Below, one piece after another: positions 9,924 to 19,330 of a stretch of DNA of 64,000 nt. Source of the stretch: Escherichia phage SmurfNell; the sequence record OR896824.1; one strand, 5' to 3'. Numbering within the stretch: position 1 is the stretch's first letter; each line of letters begins with the position of its first letter. A program made the position numbers and the translations under genes. A model generated the notes under the pieces. It was not told the DNA's origin and did not search any database. It was given only the letters and a program-made list of their open reading frames with translations.

Positions 9924-10382
9924 TTAAGCTGGATATAGCTCGGCTTTGAAAGCAGCTCTAACTTCTATTGCCTCTTCTAACGAATTGCATTGTTGGTACT
10001 TACGAGTATTTCCTTTTTGCATAAGTACACAGTATTTTTCACCGCGCATATAGATATTAGATTCTCCTAACTTATTGTCCTTTCTCACATCTATATTATG
10101 CATTTGATCAGATCTATTGGAATCTTCTAGATTCTCTATGAAATTACAATCCTTAATTCTGTTCTTGTGGTCTATCTCCTCAGGAATATATCCTTTATGA
10201 TACAGAAAGACTAACTGATGTTCTCCCCATTTCTTGCCTTTGAAACCAATCCTGATATACCCTTTGTGCTTCCCACCCGCAAACTGCCCTATTAACCTCT
10301 TTTGGTTAGTTTTCCTCCATTTGAGGTGGCCAGTTTCTGGATCATATTCAAAGGCTTCTCTAACCTCTTCTTGAGTTATCAT
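9924..10382 (-). CDS. HNH homing endonuclease
   Basis: N-terminal EYDPETGHLKWR motif shared with the other HNH ORFs in this window, plus YHKGYIPEEIDHKNRIKDCN HNH core. Confidence 0.7.
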   Translation of the reverse strand: MITQEEVREAFEYDPETGHLKWRKTNQKRLIGQFAGGKHKGYIRIGFKGKKWGEHQLVFLYHKGYIPEEIDHKNRIKDCNFIENLEDSNRSDQMHNIDVRKDNKLGESNIYMRGEKYCVLMQKGNTRKYQQCNSLEEAIEVRAAFKAELYPA

Positions 10383-10611
10383 CTTCTTTAATTAATTCTC
10401 CTAATTCCTTATAAACACGTTCTAACTCAAAAGGGATACGTAAGGATACTCGTACCTTACGTTGTTTTAATAGCCATATAGATACGTTCGGAATACCAGC
10501 CAATCTGGGAGGGACCACTCGGCATAGTTTCTCCGCAGTATCGTAAACAGAAGTTTTACGTTCTTTTACGTAAAACTTCCTTGTTTCCCACTTTTTATTC
10601 TTCGCTGTCAT
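10360..10611 (-). CDS. hypothetical basic protein (about 83 aa)
   Basis: Small ORF between the HNH gene and the 929-aa gene; start at 10611 chosen to minimise overlap, uncertain. Confidence 0.35.
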   Translation of the reverse strand: MTAKNKKWETRKFYVKERKTSVYDTAEKLCRVVPPRLAGIPNVSIWLLKQRKVRVSLRIPFELERVYKELGELIKEDDNSRRG

Positions 10612-13384
10612 TTCTAGCCCCCAATTCAGCAAGAGCTTCCTCATGCATCTGACGTTCTTCATCTGTCATAAACTTAACTGGAATCGGCATACATTCGATC
10701 TTACAGTAAGTTCTGTACCAGTCCACAATCTTTTCCGTATCCAGATCTTTACCGATACCCATCATGCCAAGATACATACGAGCATATTTTGGGTTAGCGC
10801 TCTGACCTGTCTTAAGGAAGAAATCCTTCTTCTTATTCTTAAGAGCTTCGATAAACGGTTTGATTGTTACGTTTGAACACTTTTTAATATCTTCCCAGAA
10901 CATGTCGTGCATCTTATGGAAGAATGCAGCTCTATCGTTTGGTTTATCCTTGATATACTGTTCAACGTGTTCCACTGTTACATCTTTAATAGAATCCAGA
11001 TGATAATAGCGAACCAGAAGCAATTTAGCTTCATAGGCATCTGCATGACGTGGTGCGCAATATTCAGGAGTTGAGTGCAAAATAGCTTTGATTCGCTCTT
11101 CTGTATACTCTTTGCCTGCACCTTCGATAGTTCCCCAGCTTTCACTGAAAATATCAATAGTTGCACCCTGATCAAGCAGATAATAACGCAAAGTACTAGT
11201 ATAGTTTCTGGACTCCAGTTCACGACGACGTGCATACAGCTGCTGAGCTAACTCAACCCAACCCTCATCAATATTATATTGCTCGGAACCCGCAGAAAAT
11301 CCACTCGTAGATTTATCAATAAAATAATAAATGTTCTGAGCACCACGGTCGCGCCTGATTGCTTGGAAACGCATGTTTGGCGCTTGGTTTGAGGTTCTAG
11401 TGATAACAAATACGTTATCAAAATAGTTAAAGTCAACGCCACTCGTTACAGATGGACTACATAACAAACAATCAATCTGTTGATCAATTAGCTCATTAGT
11501 AGTGTAATCCAGAATACGTCGGATATCTACATCAGACGTAGAGTTTGAGTGAATTTCTTTAACTAACGCACCAGTGTTACGACGTAACGCCATCCCCTTT
11601 TCATTCAGTTCATCTGGCCCACAGTCAGATACTAGGATTGATTTCTCCCCCATCTCTAGTGAAGTCTGGAGTGCGACCCAAATACTGGATTCATCAGGGA
11701 ACTCATATGCATGAGCTTTTGCCAGCATTTTACGGTGATGATTATAGAACGCGACCGGTTTATCAAAATCAATCAAAGAACCATAGGCTTCAATCGTTTC
11801 TGCACTGATATCACCATCAGATAAGATAACCGTTTTTGCAGTAATAAGAATATCGCGAAGAACCTGAATACATTCACGACGGTTTTTAACAACCGGGGCG
11901 AATAACAGATCATTCATTACTGCGTCACATTCATCAATAAAGATCGTATCAATCTGACCCACAAAGCTCTTGAACTTATGGATAGAGTGAATAGTTGAAG
12001 ACATACGATCAATAGCACCACGTTTGAAGTTCAGCATATCAACTGACTTATCATACTGACCAGCACCGAATTTCTTCGCGTTTGAAGATACAAGTGCCCT
12101 AGTATTCGTGATTGCAATAAAGTTTCCTGGAAGAACACCTGCATCTAGCCACTTAGTTACTGCTGTGGTTTTACCTGTACCAAGACTTGCCTTAACAAAT
12201 GTTAAATGTCCTTTTGGGGGTACAATGTTAATCTTCAAGTATGGAACTTCTGGCGGTGAATCTGTGTCCAGACGCTTTAGTGGTACACCTTTTAAGTTGG
12301 GTGGAATCTCACGTTTGGAGTTATTCACAAAGGCTTTTAGAGCCTGCTTACGACCGTTATTAAAGTAATCTTGAATATTACGACTATTATCTTTAGTTGC
12401 AATATATTCAGATAAAGCTGGTTTAATCTCACGTTCTAACCACGTAAAGTCAACACCATCTTCTAACGCTCTGTGATAAAGTTTTGGGATAATACGCAGG
12501 TACACCCCATCCTCAGCTTCTTCTAGTTCGCTGATGGTTTCTTCCACTTTATCAGATGCAGCCTTCTTGCCTTTAATTTGGTCAAGTAAGGAGTAGAATT
12601 CTTCTTTAAACTCACCTCTAGTTGTTTCAAAGTCAACTAGGTTATTGGGTAGATTCACTTTCGAACCCTTAACATACACAAGACGTGGTTTATTCTCCGC
12701 TTTAAACGGATCGACTATACCATCATCAAATAAGGGATCTGCGAAATAGTGAAGCTGAACAGAAGAATAATAAGCTAAGTCAGCAATATCAAAGCCATAC
12801 TTTTGCTTACTACTGTCATTGATGGATGTAAATAAGAATTTTAATTGCCCCTGCGTTACCTTGACATTAGATTCTAGCATTAAGTGCATTCGGATACCTG
12901 GTTTTAATCCAGCCGAAGACGATGCATGAGCAATAAACCCTGCATCAAGAGGAAACATATCCTCACTAATACTATTCAACATCTTAATAATATGACGTGC
13001 CATGCCAACAAGATTAAACTTGTCATAGCCACCAGTATCTACAATACCATCCACGTCCATAGCAATAATATGACTAGGATTGGATACGTTAAAGTTTCCC
13101 CTGGTACGACGCACATTATCTTTTGGAGCTAAACATTTACCACGAATAGCTACAATATGCGGGTCTTTGGTAAGACGACGCATGATAGGTAACATTTCAG
13201 CAAGGTTTTGCGGGTCAAGTTCTTCAAGTACATCAAATTTGAAGGGCATGGAAGCTGGTTTACCTTCTGGATGCTCTTTAGAGAATCGCTTTGCAAAGGT
13301 GTAATCTTCCACTTTGATCTCTTTCCAGATGCCAGTGGCTTTATCTCTGGAAAATCCTGCGTGACCTTGTAGGATTGAGAACAC
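10595..13384 (-). CDS. putative replication origin-binding / helicase-like protein (929 aa from GTG 13384)
   Basis: Walker A LGTGKTT and Walker B FIDECD in the central region; GTG start at 13384 has an AGGAG RBS 8 nt upstream, while the ORF-track ATG at 13507 adds an implausible Cys-rich N-terminus. Confidence 0.65.
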   Translation of the reverse strand: MFSILQGHAGFSRDKATGIWKEIKVEDYTFAKRFSKEHPEGKPASMPFKFDVLEELDPQNLAEMLPIMRRLTKDPHIVAIRGKCLAPKDNVRRTRGNFNVSNPSHIIAMDVDGIVDTGGYDKFNLVGMARHIIKMLNSISEDMFPLDAGFIAHASSSAGLKPGIRMHLMLESNVKVTQGQLKFLFTSINDSSKQKYGFDIADLAYYSSVQLHYFADPLFDDGIVDPFKAENKPRLVYVKGSKVNLPNNLVDFETTRGEFKEEFYSLLDQIKGKKAASDKVEETISELEEAEDGVYLRIIPKLYHRALEDGVDFTWLEREIKPALSEYIATKDNSRNIQDYFNNGRKQALKAFVNNSKREIPPNLKGVPLKRLDTDSPPEVPYLKINIVPPKGHLTFVKASLGTGKTTAVTKWLDAGVLPGNFIAITNTRALVSSNAKKFGAGQYDKSVDMLNFKRGAIDRMSSTIHSIHKFKSFVGQIDTIFIDECDAVMNDLLFAPVVKNRRECIQVLRDILITAKTVILSDGDISAETIEAYGSLIDFDKPVAFYNHHRKMLAKAHAYEFPDESSIWVALQTSLEMGEKSILVSDCGPDELNEKGMALRRNTGALVKEIHSNSTSDVDIRRILDYTTNELIDQQIDCLLCSPSVTSGVDFNYFDNVFVITRTSNQAPNMRFQAIRRDRGAQNIYYFIDKSTSGFSAGSEQYNIDEGWVELAQQLYARRRELESRNYTSTLRYYLLDQGATIDIFSESWGTIEGAGKEYTEERIKAILHSTPEYCAPRHADAYEAKLLLVRYYHLDSIKDVTVEHVEQYIKDKPNDRAAFFHKMHDMFWEDIKKCSNVTIKPFIEALKNKKKDFFLKTGQSANPKYARMYLGMMGIGKDLDTEKIVDWYRTYCKIECMPIPVKFMTDEERQMHEEALAELGARNDSEE

Positions 13385-13880
13385 AACAATACTCCTATGT
13401 TGGTTATTCGGATATCTTTCTTTAGGACTATTCAAAAGAATAGAACAACTATTACTACCATTTACACAAACATTAATCATCATCAAGCAGTATGAATAAG
13501 TTATCATACCTCAGTGCTGCGCTCTCTTAACTCTTATCCAGATCAGAACCTAGGTCATTGGCCGCTAAGCCGATTCTGATTGCCCTCACTATCCTATTGG
13601 TAGGTGGCTACTGGACGTGTCACCATTCGCTGCTCTTTTCGTTCGCACCCCCATATAAAGCTCTGCCTATATAACGAGCTAAATATGCACGGTTTGGATT
13701 TACCTTTCCGAATTCAGGGTACGCAGATCACTTAATTGATAATTAACTAATGCAGTATAAACACTAGTAATAGTTAAAACAACCCTTAATGGGGCAGCCT
13801 AACTGTTCCGTATTGCGGATTGTAAACAAGAAAAATTAGCAAAATCAATTTTTACTAATGTCTCTCAATTCAATATAAAT
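13385..13880 (-). other. long ORF-free leader / possible structured RNA upstream of the 929-aa helicase-like gene
   Basis: About 500 nt between minus-strand promoter 13881-13909 and the GTG start at 13384 with no ORF of 60 aa or more on either strand; locally GC-rich segment at 13540-13660. Confidence 0.3.
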
Positions 13881-13909
13881 ATTATATCAAGATTTTGAGC
13901 ATCCTGCAA
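13881..13909 (-). promoter_or_regulatory. T5-type sigma70 promoter with ~500-nt leader (minus strand)
   Basis: Reverse complement reads TTGCAG-17-TATAAT; nearest downstream start is the GTG at 13384. Confidence 0.5.
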
Positions 13910-14000
13910 GTAAAATTTTTCCGAAGGTGCTATCAGTGTCCTTGAGCACAGAGAAAACCGAGTCATTTTGACTCGGTAATCAGGATTGAGCTAATGAAAA

Positions 14001-14396
14001 TCAATCATCATTTAGGCCTGGGACATAGATTCCAATGCGATTTAATTGACCTTTAGCTTCTTCGAGAATATCTTCGGTGTACTCCCAAATATCATCTTCT
14101 ACTTGCAAAAGATAAGGGGATTCACCAGTTTCGGGGTCACGTGTAATGGCTAAGCCACGTGGATGGAATATAGAGAAGTTGAGGGCAACAATCAAGCCCA
14201 TGCTGGACAATTCATTCCAGTCAGCTTCCCAACCATCATCTTCATCTTCGTCCACAAAGACACCTACACTAGGGTCTGTTACAGAAGTAAACGGAAATGT
14301 TACACTAACCTTGTCAACCCCCAACCAACGTGCAAGGAGCCCTTCAGCACGCTCTACCAAACTAGGATCTATCTGACGCCAAAATACTTGTTCCAT
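14001..14396 (-). CDS. hypothetical protein, paralog A (131 aa)
   Basis: Shares conserved segments with the adjacent 142-aa ORF (W.EL..MGL..ALN...F.P....I.....TGE.P). Confidence 0.55.
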   Translation of the reverse strand: MEQVFWRQIDPSLVERAEGLLARWLGVDKVSVTFPFTSVTDPSVGVFVDEDEDDGWEADWNELSSMGLIVALNFSIFHPRGLAITRDPETGESPYLLQVEDDIWEYTEDILEEAKGQLNRIGIYVPGLNDD

Positions 14397-14405
14397 TCTG
14401 CCTCC

Positions 14406-14834
14406 TTAAGCAGTTAAACCTGGGATCATATACCCGAAACGACGAAGTTTCTGAATCCCCTCATTTACTTCTTCGGGCGAATATGACCAGCCCTCACGTT
14501 CATTTACCTGGAAAGCAGGAGCTTCACCAGTGCGATAGTTTACAATAAGACGGTGATTTGCAGGCATAAACAGCTTATGGTTCAAGGCAAAAACCAGACC
14601 CATTTCATCTAGTTCTTTCCAGTCTACAATTTCTTCTACTCTCTCACCTAAATCCACGCTAACTCCAATACATGGAGCTTCCTCTAGTGGGCCTTTAAAG
14701 GATAGGAAGATATCGTTATTCTCACACCAAATCTTAAGCAGATTGATGGTTTCATTATACATACCATTAGGGAGAGAACGCCAGAAGTTGAGGAGCATAG
14801 GGTTTACCTCTTTCATGAAAAGATTATCGAACAT
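14406..14834 (-). CDS. hypothetical protein, paralog B (142 aa)
   Basis: Tandem paralog of 14001-14396. Confidence 0.55.
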   Translation of the reverse strand: MFDNLFMKEVNPMLLNFWRSLPNGMYNETINLLKIWCENNDIFLSFKGPLEEAPCIGVSVDLGERVEEIVDWKELDEMGLVFALNHKLFMPANHRLIVNYRTGEAPAFQVNEREGWSYSPEEVNEGIQKLRRFGYMIPGLTA

Positions 14835-14836
14835 AT

Positions 14837-15376
14837 TTACACCTTAAGTTTCTGAAGAGCCTTACACATTTCAAGATCTGGACTAAACTCCAGCATATAG
14901 CTGATAGCATTTAAATCTTGAAGGTTTATTCCAGTCCTGCCATTTACAATAACAGTAGGGAATTGGTACATCATAGCACCAGCATCATCTAGGACACACC
15001 AATGCTTGAGCTTATATTTTTCGACGAAACGTAAAACAGAATTACCCCGAGATAAACCACCTCCAGTAAAATCTGTTGTACCAAGGAAACGATCGATCAA
15101 ACCGAGCCCGGTCATAATCTGAACGTTCTCCATCTCATTTCGTACAGAAAACCATGAAGATACCCCAACAATCATTATTGGGGATGGCTTAAGAAAGTTC
15201 TGAAAAGCCTGGAGTAATGGCTTGTAAACCCAATCACCACCAAAGAATAGCTTCTCACTATCTGGAGCATGATGGTGAGAGATGCTCGAATTGAGCACCC
15301 CATCAATATCCAGGAAAATCACAGGAGTATTACTTATTTCCACCAGTAGCATCCCACGTCCAGACTTTAACTTCAT
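14837..15376 (-). CDS. HAD-superfamily-like hydrolase (putative nucleotidase/phosphatase)
   Basis: HAD motif I FLDIDGVLN near the N-terminus and conserved downstream Asp (WCVLDD). Confidence 0.55.
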   Translation of the reverse strand: MKLKSGRGMLLVEISNTPVIFLDIDGVLNSSISHHHAPDSEKLFFGGDWVYKPLLQAFQNFLKPSPIMIVGVSSWFSVRNEMENVQIMTGLGLIDRFLGTTDFTGGGLSRGNSVLRFVEKYKLKHWCVLDDAGAMMYQFPTVIVNGRTGINLQDLNAISYMLEFSPDLEMCKALQKLKV

Positions 15377-15515
15377 CAGTAAAAGGAACTGGAACCTTCA
15401 ATTCACCTTTACCCCACATAACAGATAGGAACAGAGAATAAATGGTAATCATACCGATTAGGTTGACAAACCATACTAGACCTTTCCAGATACCCTTAAA
15501 AATCTTCTTCACCAT
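15330..15515 (-). CDS. small membrane protein (about 61 aa)
   Basis: Internal ATG of ORF 15330-15638 yields a hydrophobic peptide (LVWFVNLIGMITIYSLFLSVMW); fits the gap between Sir2 and the HAD gene. Confidence 0.35.
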   Translation of the reverse strand: MVKKIFKGIWKGLVWFVNLIGMITIYSLFLSVMWGKGELKVPVPFTDEVKVWTWDATGGNK

Positions 15516-15663
15516 ATTCTCCCTCCTTAATAAGGAACTCTTTCCATTCTGCTGTATCCTCATAGATAACGCAGAAATCATCACTCTTCCATGAGAAGTC
15601 ATCAGTAGCAAATTCGAAACGGTAGCACCAACTACCATCTGGCCATACTAAAAGATCACACAT
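15496..15663 (-). CDS. small acidic protein (about 55 aa)
   Basis: ATG at 15663 overlaps the Sir2 stop (ATGTGTGA arrangement). Confidence 0.35.
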   Translation of the reverse strand: MCDLLVWPDGSWCYRFEFATDDFSWKSDDFCVIYEDTAEWKEFLIKEGEYGEEDF

Positions 15664-16507
15664 GCTTTTCTGGGACATAAATATTTCCCTCCATAAAAGC
15701 TTCAACTTGATCAATAAAGTGTTTATTACCAAAAACTTCGGCAGCTCCAGCACGCCATACAGTAACACCACGTTTCTCATACTCAAGCTGTTCGTCATAA
15801 CGAACTTGTGGGTTAACAACCATCATCTTAGTTCCACGACATACAGCAGGAAATAATTCCCAGTTGAAGTTGATAACTTGGTTACTACAACCCACCACAA
15901 TAACCATGTCATTGCTAGTAAGAGTATCAAACAGGTTGATTTGACCCATGTACCACGGAGCTGTCTCACCAAAGAACACCACGTTTGGTTTTACCCATTC
16001 GTAATCTTCAGGGGCAATCGCAGTATACCCAACATCTTCGATGATTTGATTGCGACCCTGATGATAGATCACCTCTTTCAAGTACCCGTGAGCGTGAATG
16101 ATTTCATCACGAGGGATACCAGCACGTTCCAGAAGGTCATCAACGTTAGTAGTGAAGTTCTTCACGCTACCCGCATCATAACGCTGGAACCATTCTGCAA
16201 TTCGCAGATGGGCAATGTTAGGCTCAACAGTCTGTAGTTCCTGACGACGCATGTTGTAGAACTCATGAGTCTTGAGATACAGATCGTTACCATCTTCATC
16301 AATGCCAGGGAAACGAGCGCTGAAGTAGTTAGGATCATCTTCACCACAGAAGCGACGGAAGCCAGCTTCAAAGTTAGGCAAGCTACATACTTCCTCTAGA
16401 TCGTACTCATCCCACAAAGATTTTCCACTAGCAGTATCAGTACGGAAAGCACGAACACCACTATCTACACTCAAACCTGCACCACTAACAACAATTAGTC
16501 TACGCAT
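15656..16507 (-). CDS. Sir2-family (sirtuin-like) NAD-dependent protein
   Basis: Sirtuin signature GAGLSVDSGVRAFR near the N-terminus and TNVDDLLERAG...HG central motif. Confidence 0.7.
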   Translation of the reverse strand: MRRLIVVSGAGLSVDSGVRAFRTDTASGKSLWDEYDLEEVCSLPNFEAGFRRFCGEDDPNYFSARFPGIDEDGNDLYLKTHEFYNMRRQELQTVEPNIAHLRIAEWFQRYDAGSVKNFTTNVDDLLERAGIPRDEIIHAHGYLKEVIYHQGRNQIIEDVGYTAIAPEDYEWVKPNVVFFGETAPWYMGQINLFDTLTSNDMVIVVGCSNQVINFNWELFPAVCRGTKMMVVNPQVRYDEQLEYEKRGVTVWRAGAAEVFGNKHFIDQVEAFMEGNIYVPEKHV

Positions 16508-16701
16508 TATACGATTCCTTGCTTGAATCCTTCGATGATATTTTGGAGCAGAATTGCTTCTTCTGGGCGAACCTTCTCTTGCTTAATAAGCATATCCAAA
16601 CCAGCAATACAGGTAGCTACTCCAGCATTATACCCAGCATTCCACTGCTCCATAAGCATATTTTCTAAATTACTTTTTAGATTCTGATTCAAGAAGTCCA
16701 T
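16507..16701 (-). CDS. hypothetical protein (64 aa)
   Basis: ATG at 16701 preceded by a strong GGAGG RBS. Confidence 0.45.
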   Translation of the reverse strand: MDFLNQNLKSNLENMLMEQWNAGYNAGVATCIAGLDMLIKQEKVRPEEAILLQNIIEGFKQGIV

Positions 16702-16873
16702 AAAGTTTTTCCTCCAATTCCATAATACGATTTTCGTAAGAAGCACGCAGCTTCTCGATGGACAAAGCACGAACTGTAACTTCATCTGAATTGATCGCTA
16801 GCTGAGCTAGATCTTCTGTTTCCATACGTCCGTTGTAAATTAAGCGATATTTAAGATGTTTTACGTTTTTCAT
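16670..16873 (-). CDS. hypothetical protein (67 aa)
   Basis: ORF with AAGGA RBS. Confidence 0.45.
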   Translation of the reverse strand: MKNVKHLKYRLIYNGRMETEDLAQLAINSDEVTVRALSIEKLRASYENRIMELEEKLYGLLESESKK

Positions 16874-16882
16874 TCTTGTTCC

Positions 16883-17164
16883 TTAGTTCTGTACTGTAAA
16901 TTCATTCTTATCACAGTGAGCATAATAATATCCATACATACGATAAATTTTCACAGCCTTAGTAGACCCCTTCGATTCTTCATAATCAATCCAGAGCCAC
17001 TTGTCTTTACCTACATAATGTACCCGAAACTTCTTAACTTTCTTATCATTCCATGTTGCAACAACACGACGATAATCAAATCCGCCCAACCAATCTAGAG
17101 CCTTACGTTCTTCACTAGGCTCTCCAAGATAGGAAACATCTACTTTCGGAAGCAATTCGCTCAT
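16883..17164 (-). CDS. hypothetical protein (93 aa)
   Basis: First ORF downstream of minus-strand promoter 17193-17221; GAGAGGAG RBS. Confidence 0.55.
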   Translation of the reverse strand: MSELLPKVDVSYLGEPSEERKALDWLGGFDYRRVVATWNDKKVKKFRVHYVGKDKWLWIDYEESKGSTKAVKIYRMYGYYYAHCDKNEFTVQN

Positions 17165-17192
17165 AGCTTTCTCCTCTCAAATTTATAAATCA

Positions 17193-17221
17193 ATTATACA
17201 TAAGTTTTAGCTCGAAAGCAA
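17193..17221 (-). promoter_or_regulatory. T5-type sigma70 promoter (minus strand)
   Basis: Reverse complement reads TTGCTT-17-TATAAT followed by TGATTTATAAATTTGAGAGGAG leader. Confidence 0.6.
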
Positions 17222-17256
17222 ATAAAATAAAAGCCAGGTCGACTAGCAACCTGGCT
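17221..17256 (-). terminator. rho-independent terminator downstream of nrdD (minus strand)
   Basis: AGCCAGGT...ACCTGGCT hairpin followed by UUUAUUUUAUU on the minus-strand transcript. Confidence 0.6.
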
Positions 17257-17262
17257 GATTCA

Positions 17263-19137
17263 TTATTTAGCGCGAATGTCCTGATGTTTCACTCGACCCA
17301 TAACCTCATGTTGTTTACCTGGGTTAAATGGACGAGCACCTGGATTTCCGAGATATCCACAAACTCGACGAGTTACCTCAAGAGTCTCAGGATCATGGTT
17401 GCCACAAATTGGGCATTTGAAACCATCCTCAGAAGCTATAGTTTCACCCAAGAACCCACATTCCCCACAAGAGTCTACTGGAGTATTAATACCAAAGTAA
17501 TGAACTTTACTTGCGGCATAGTTAATAACCCATTCCAGTGCATCTGGGAATCGTTTCATATCCGGCAATTCCACATAGGAAATGCATCCACCAGAAGCAA
17601 TTGGAGTAAAGTTAGACTCATAATCGAACTTCACGTTTGGAGCAACCTTACGTTCTACATCAAGGTGATGGGAATTAGTGTAATATCCTTTAGCCAGAAT
17701 ATCTTCATGCTCTGGAAAATACTCACGGTCTAGGCGACAGAAGCGATCACATAGAGATTCAGATGGTGTAGCATATAGACTATACCCTAATTGAGTCTCT
17801 TCCTTCTTCTGATCAGCACGATCACGCATGTATTGTAGCACACGTTGAACGAACTTGACACAAGACTCAGACATTGTATCTACATCTTTACCAAACATGA
17901 ACTGCAACATTTCGTGGCAGCCTATATATCCTAGAGATACAGAAGCACGCTTGTAGAAATGATCAAACACATATTCATCTGGCCCCAGACGTAATCCAAA
18001 GGCTCCTGACATATAGAGGATGGGTGCAGCTTTAGCTTGGATGTATTTTAAGCGATCAACCCTCCACTCCAATGCTTTTAACGCGGTATCCACACGCAGC
18101 TCAAGTAGATCGAAGAATAGATCAATATTTCCTTCCGCTTCGATAGCGATTCGAGGAAGGTTTACGGAAACAACACCTAAGTTATTACGGCCAGAAGTTT
18201 CACCATCTTCCGCAGCAGCTAGGAATGATCGACAGCCCATAGAGACTTTGTAGTCTCCCGTAACTTCTACAACCTTATCATAACTGATGTAGTCAGGATA
18301 CATACGTTCAGCAGTACATTTCATAGCTAACTTCTTGATATCATAGTTAACATCACCAGGTTTCATATTTACGCCATCACGCAAAACAAATACCAGTTTA
18401 GGGAAGATAGCTGTACGTTTATTGATACCCAAACCATCCATACGCACTTCTAAGATTGCTTTCTGTACAAGACGTGCTTCCCAGGAAGTTCCTAGACCAA
18501 AACCAAAGGTAATAAATGGACTCTGACCATTAGAGTTGAACATCGTATTGATTTCATACTCTAGACCTTGACAGGCATCGTAAACTTCTTTCTCAGTCAT
18601 TTCCGTAGCCATTACAGATGCTTTGGCTTCATCCTTAGTCCAACGCTTTGCAAACGCATGATTCTTATCATAAGACTTACGAACATAAGGAGCCAGTACT
18701 TCATCTAATCGGTCTACAGAAGTACCACCATATTGATGGGAGCTAACCTGAGTAATAATCTGAGCTGTAATAGCAGCCGCAGTAGTAATGGAGTTTGGCG
18801 TACTGATTTCAGCATTACCAACCTTCATACCGTTTTTCAACATATCTTCCAAAGCAACCAGGCAACAGTTAGTCATACCTAACACAGCGTAATCAGCATC
18901 ATGGAAGTGAATATCACCAATCATGTGAGCATTTCGAATCTGGATTGGCATTTCTTCCAGAATCAGATATTTACTCAATTCCCCTGCAAGCATGTCCCTT
19001 TGTGTAGGGAAACGTTCTGAGGGCTTATTGGCATTATTAAACAGCAGCTCTTCATCTGCTGACCCTTCGATAATCTCTTTGCAGTTTCTAATTAACGCCT
19101 GCATTTCTTTATACTTTAGTTCTTCATTGCGATTCAT
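17263..19137 (-). CDS. nrdD: anaerobic ribonucleoside-triphosphate reductase (class III RNR)
   Basis: C-terminal glycyl-radical motif RVCGYLG preceded by a Cys4 zinc ribbon (CGECGF...CPICG); 624 aa. Confidence 0.9.
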   Translation of the reverse strand: MNRNEELKYKEMQALIRNCKEIIEGSADEELLFNNANKPSERFPTQRDMLAGELSKYLILEEMPIQIRNAHMIGDIHFHDADYAVLGMTNCCLVALEDMLKNGMKVGNAEISTPNSITTAAAITAQIITQVSSHQYGGTSVDRLDEVLAPYVRKSYDKNHAFAKRWTKDEAKASVMATEMTEKEVYDACQGLEYEINTMFNSNGQSPFITFGFGLGTSWEARLVQKAILEVRMDGLGINKRTAIFPKLVFVLRDGVNMKPGDVNYDIKKLAMKCTAERMYPDYISYDKVVEVTGDYKVSMGCRSFLAAAEDGETSGRNNLGVVSVNLPRIAIEAEGNIDLFFDLLELRVDTALKALEWRVDRLKYIQAKAAPILYMSGAFGLRLGPDEYVFDHFYKRASVSLGYIGCHEMLQFMFGKDVDTMSESCVKFVQRVLQYMRDRADQKKEETQLGYSLYATPSESLCDRFCRLDREYFPEHEDILAKGYYTNSHHLDVERKVAPNVKFDYESNFTPIASGGCISYVELPDMKRFPDALEWVINYAASKVHYFGINTPVDSCGECGFLGETIASEDGFKCPICGNHDPETLEVTRRVCGYLGNPGARPFNPGKQHEVMGRVKHQDIRAK

Positions 19138-19166
19138 TATACTCTCCTTCTCTAACTAAGACTACT

Positions 19167-19195
19167 ATTATAACTCATTCGAGGGCGGATGTCAA
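19167..19195 (-). promoter_or_regulatory. consensus sigma70 promoter upstream of nrdD (minus strand)
   Basis: Reverse complement reads TTGACA-17-TATAAT, a perfect consensus. Confidence 0.6.
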
Positions 19196-19264
19196 TATAA
19201 TTTTTCTCTTAGACATTGTATTTTGATCTGTGCTAAGAAAATTGATCAGAATGTCAAAATTTTA

Positions 19265-19291
19265 TTGACACCACCATAACTTTTGTATAAG
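19265..19291 (+). promoter_or_regulatory. sigma70-like promoter upstream of the HNH gene at 19331
   Basis: TTGACA-15-TGTATAAG (extended -10). Confidence 0.45.
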
Positions 19292-19330
19292 ATATACACA
19301 TAACTTAAAAATTTTGACAAGGAAATAAAA

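Noticed and set aside
13385-13507. ORF-track start of the 970-aa minus-strand ORF at 13507
   Set aside because: The first 41 codons encode an implausible Cys-rich/hydrophobic peptide without an RBS; the GTG at 13384 has an AGGAG RBS.
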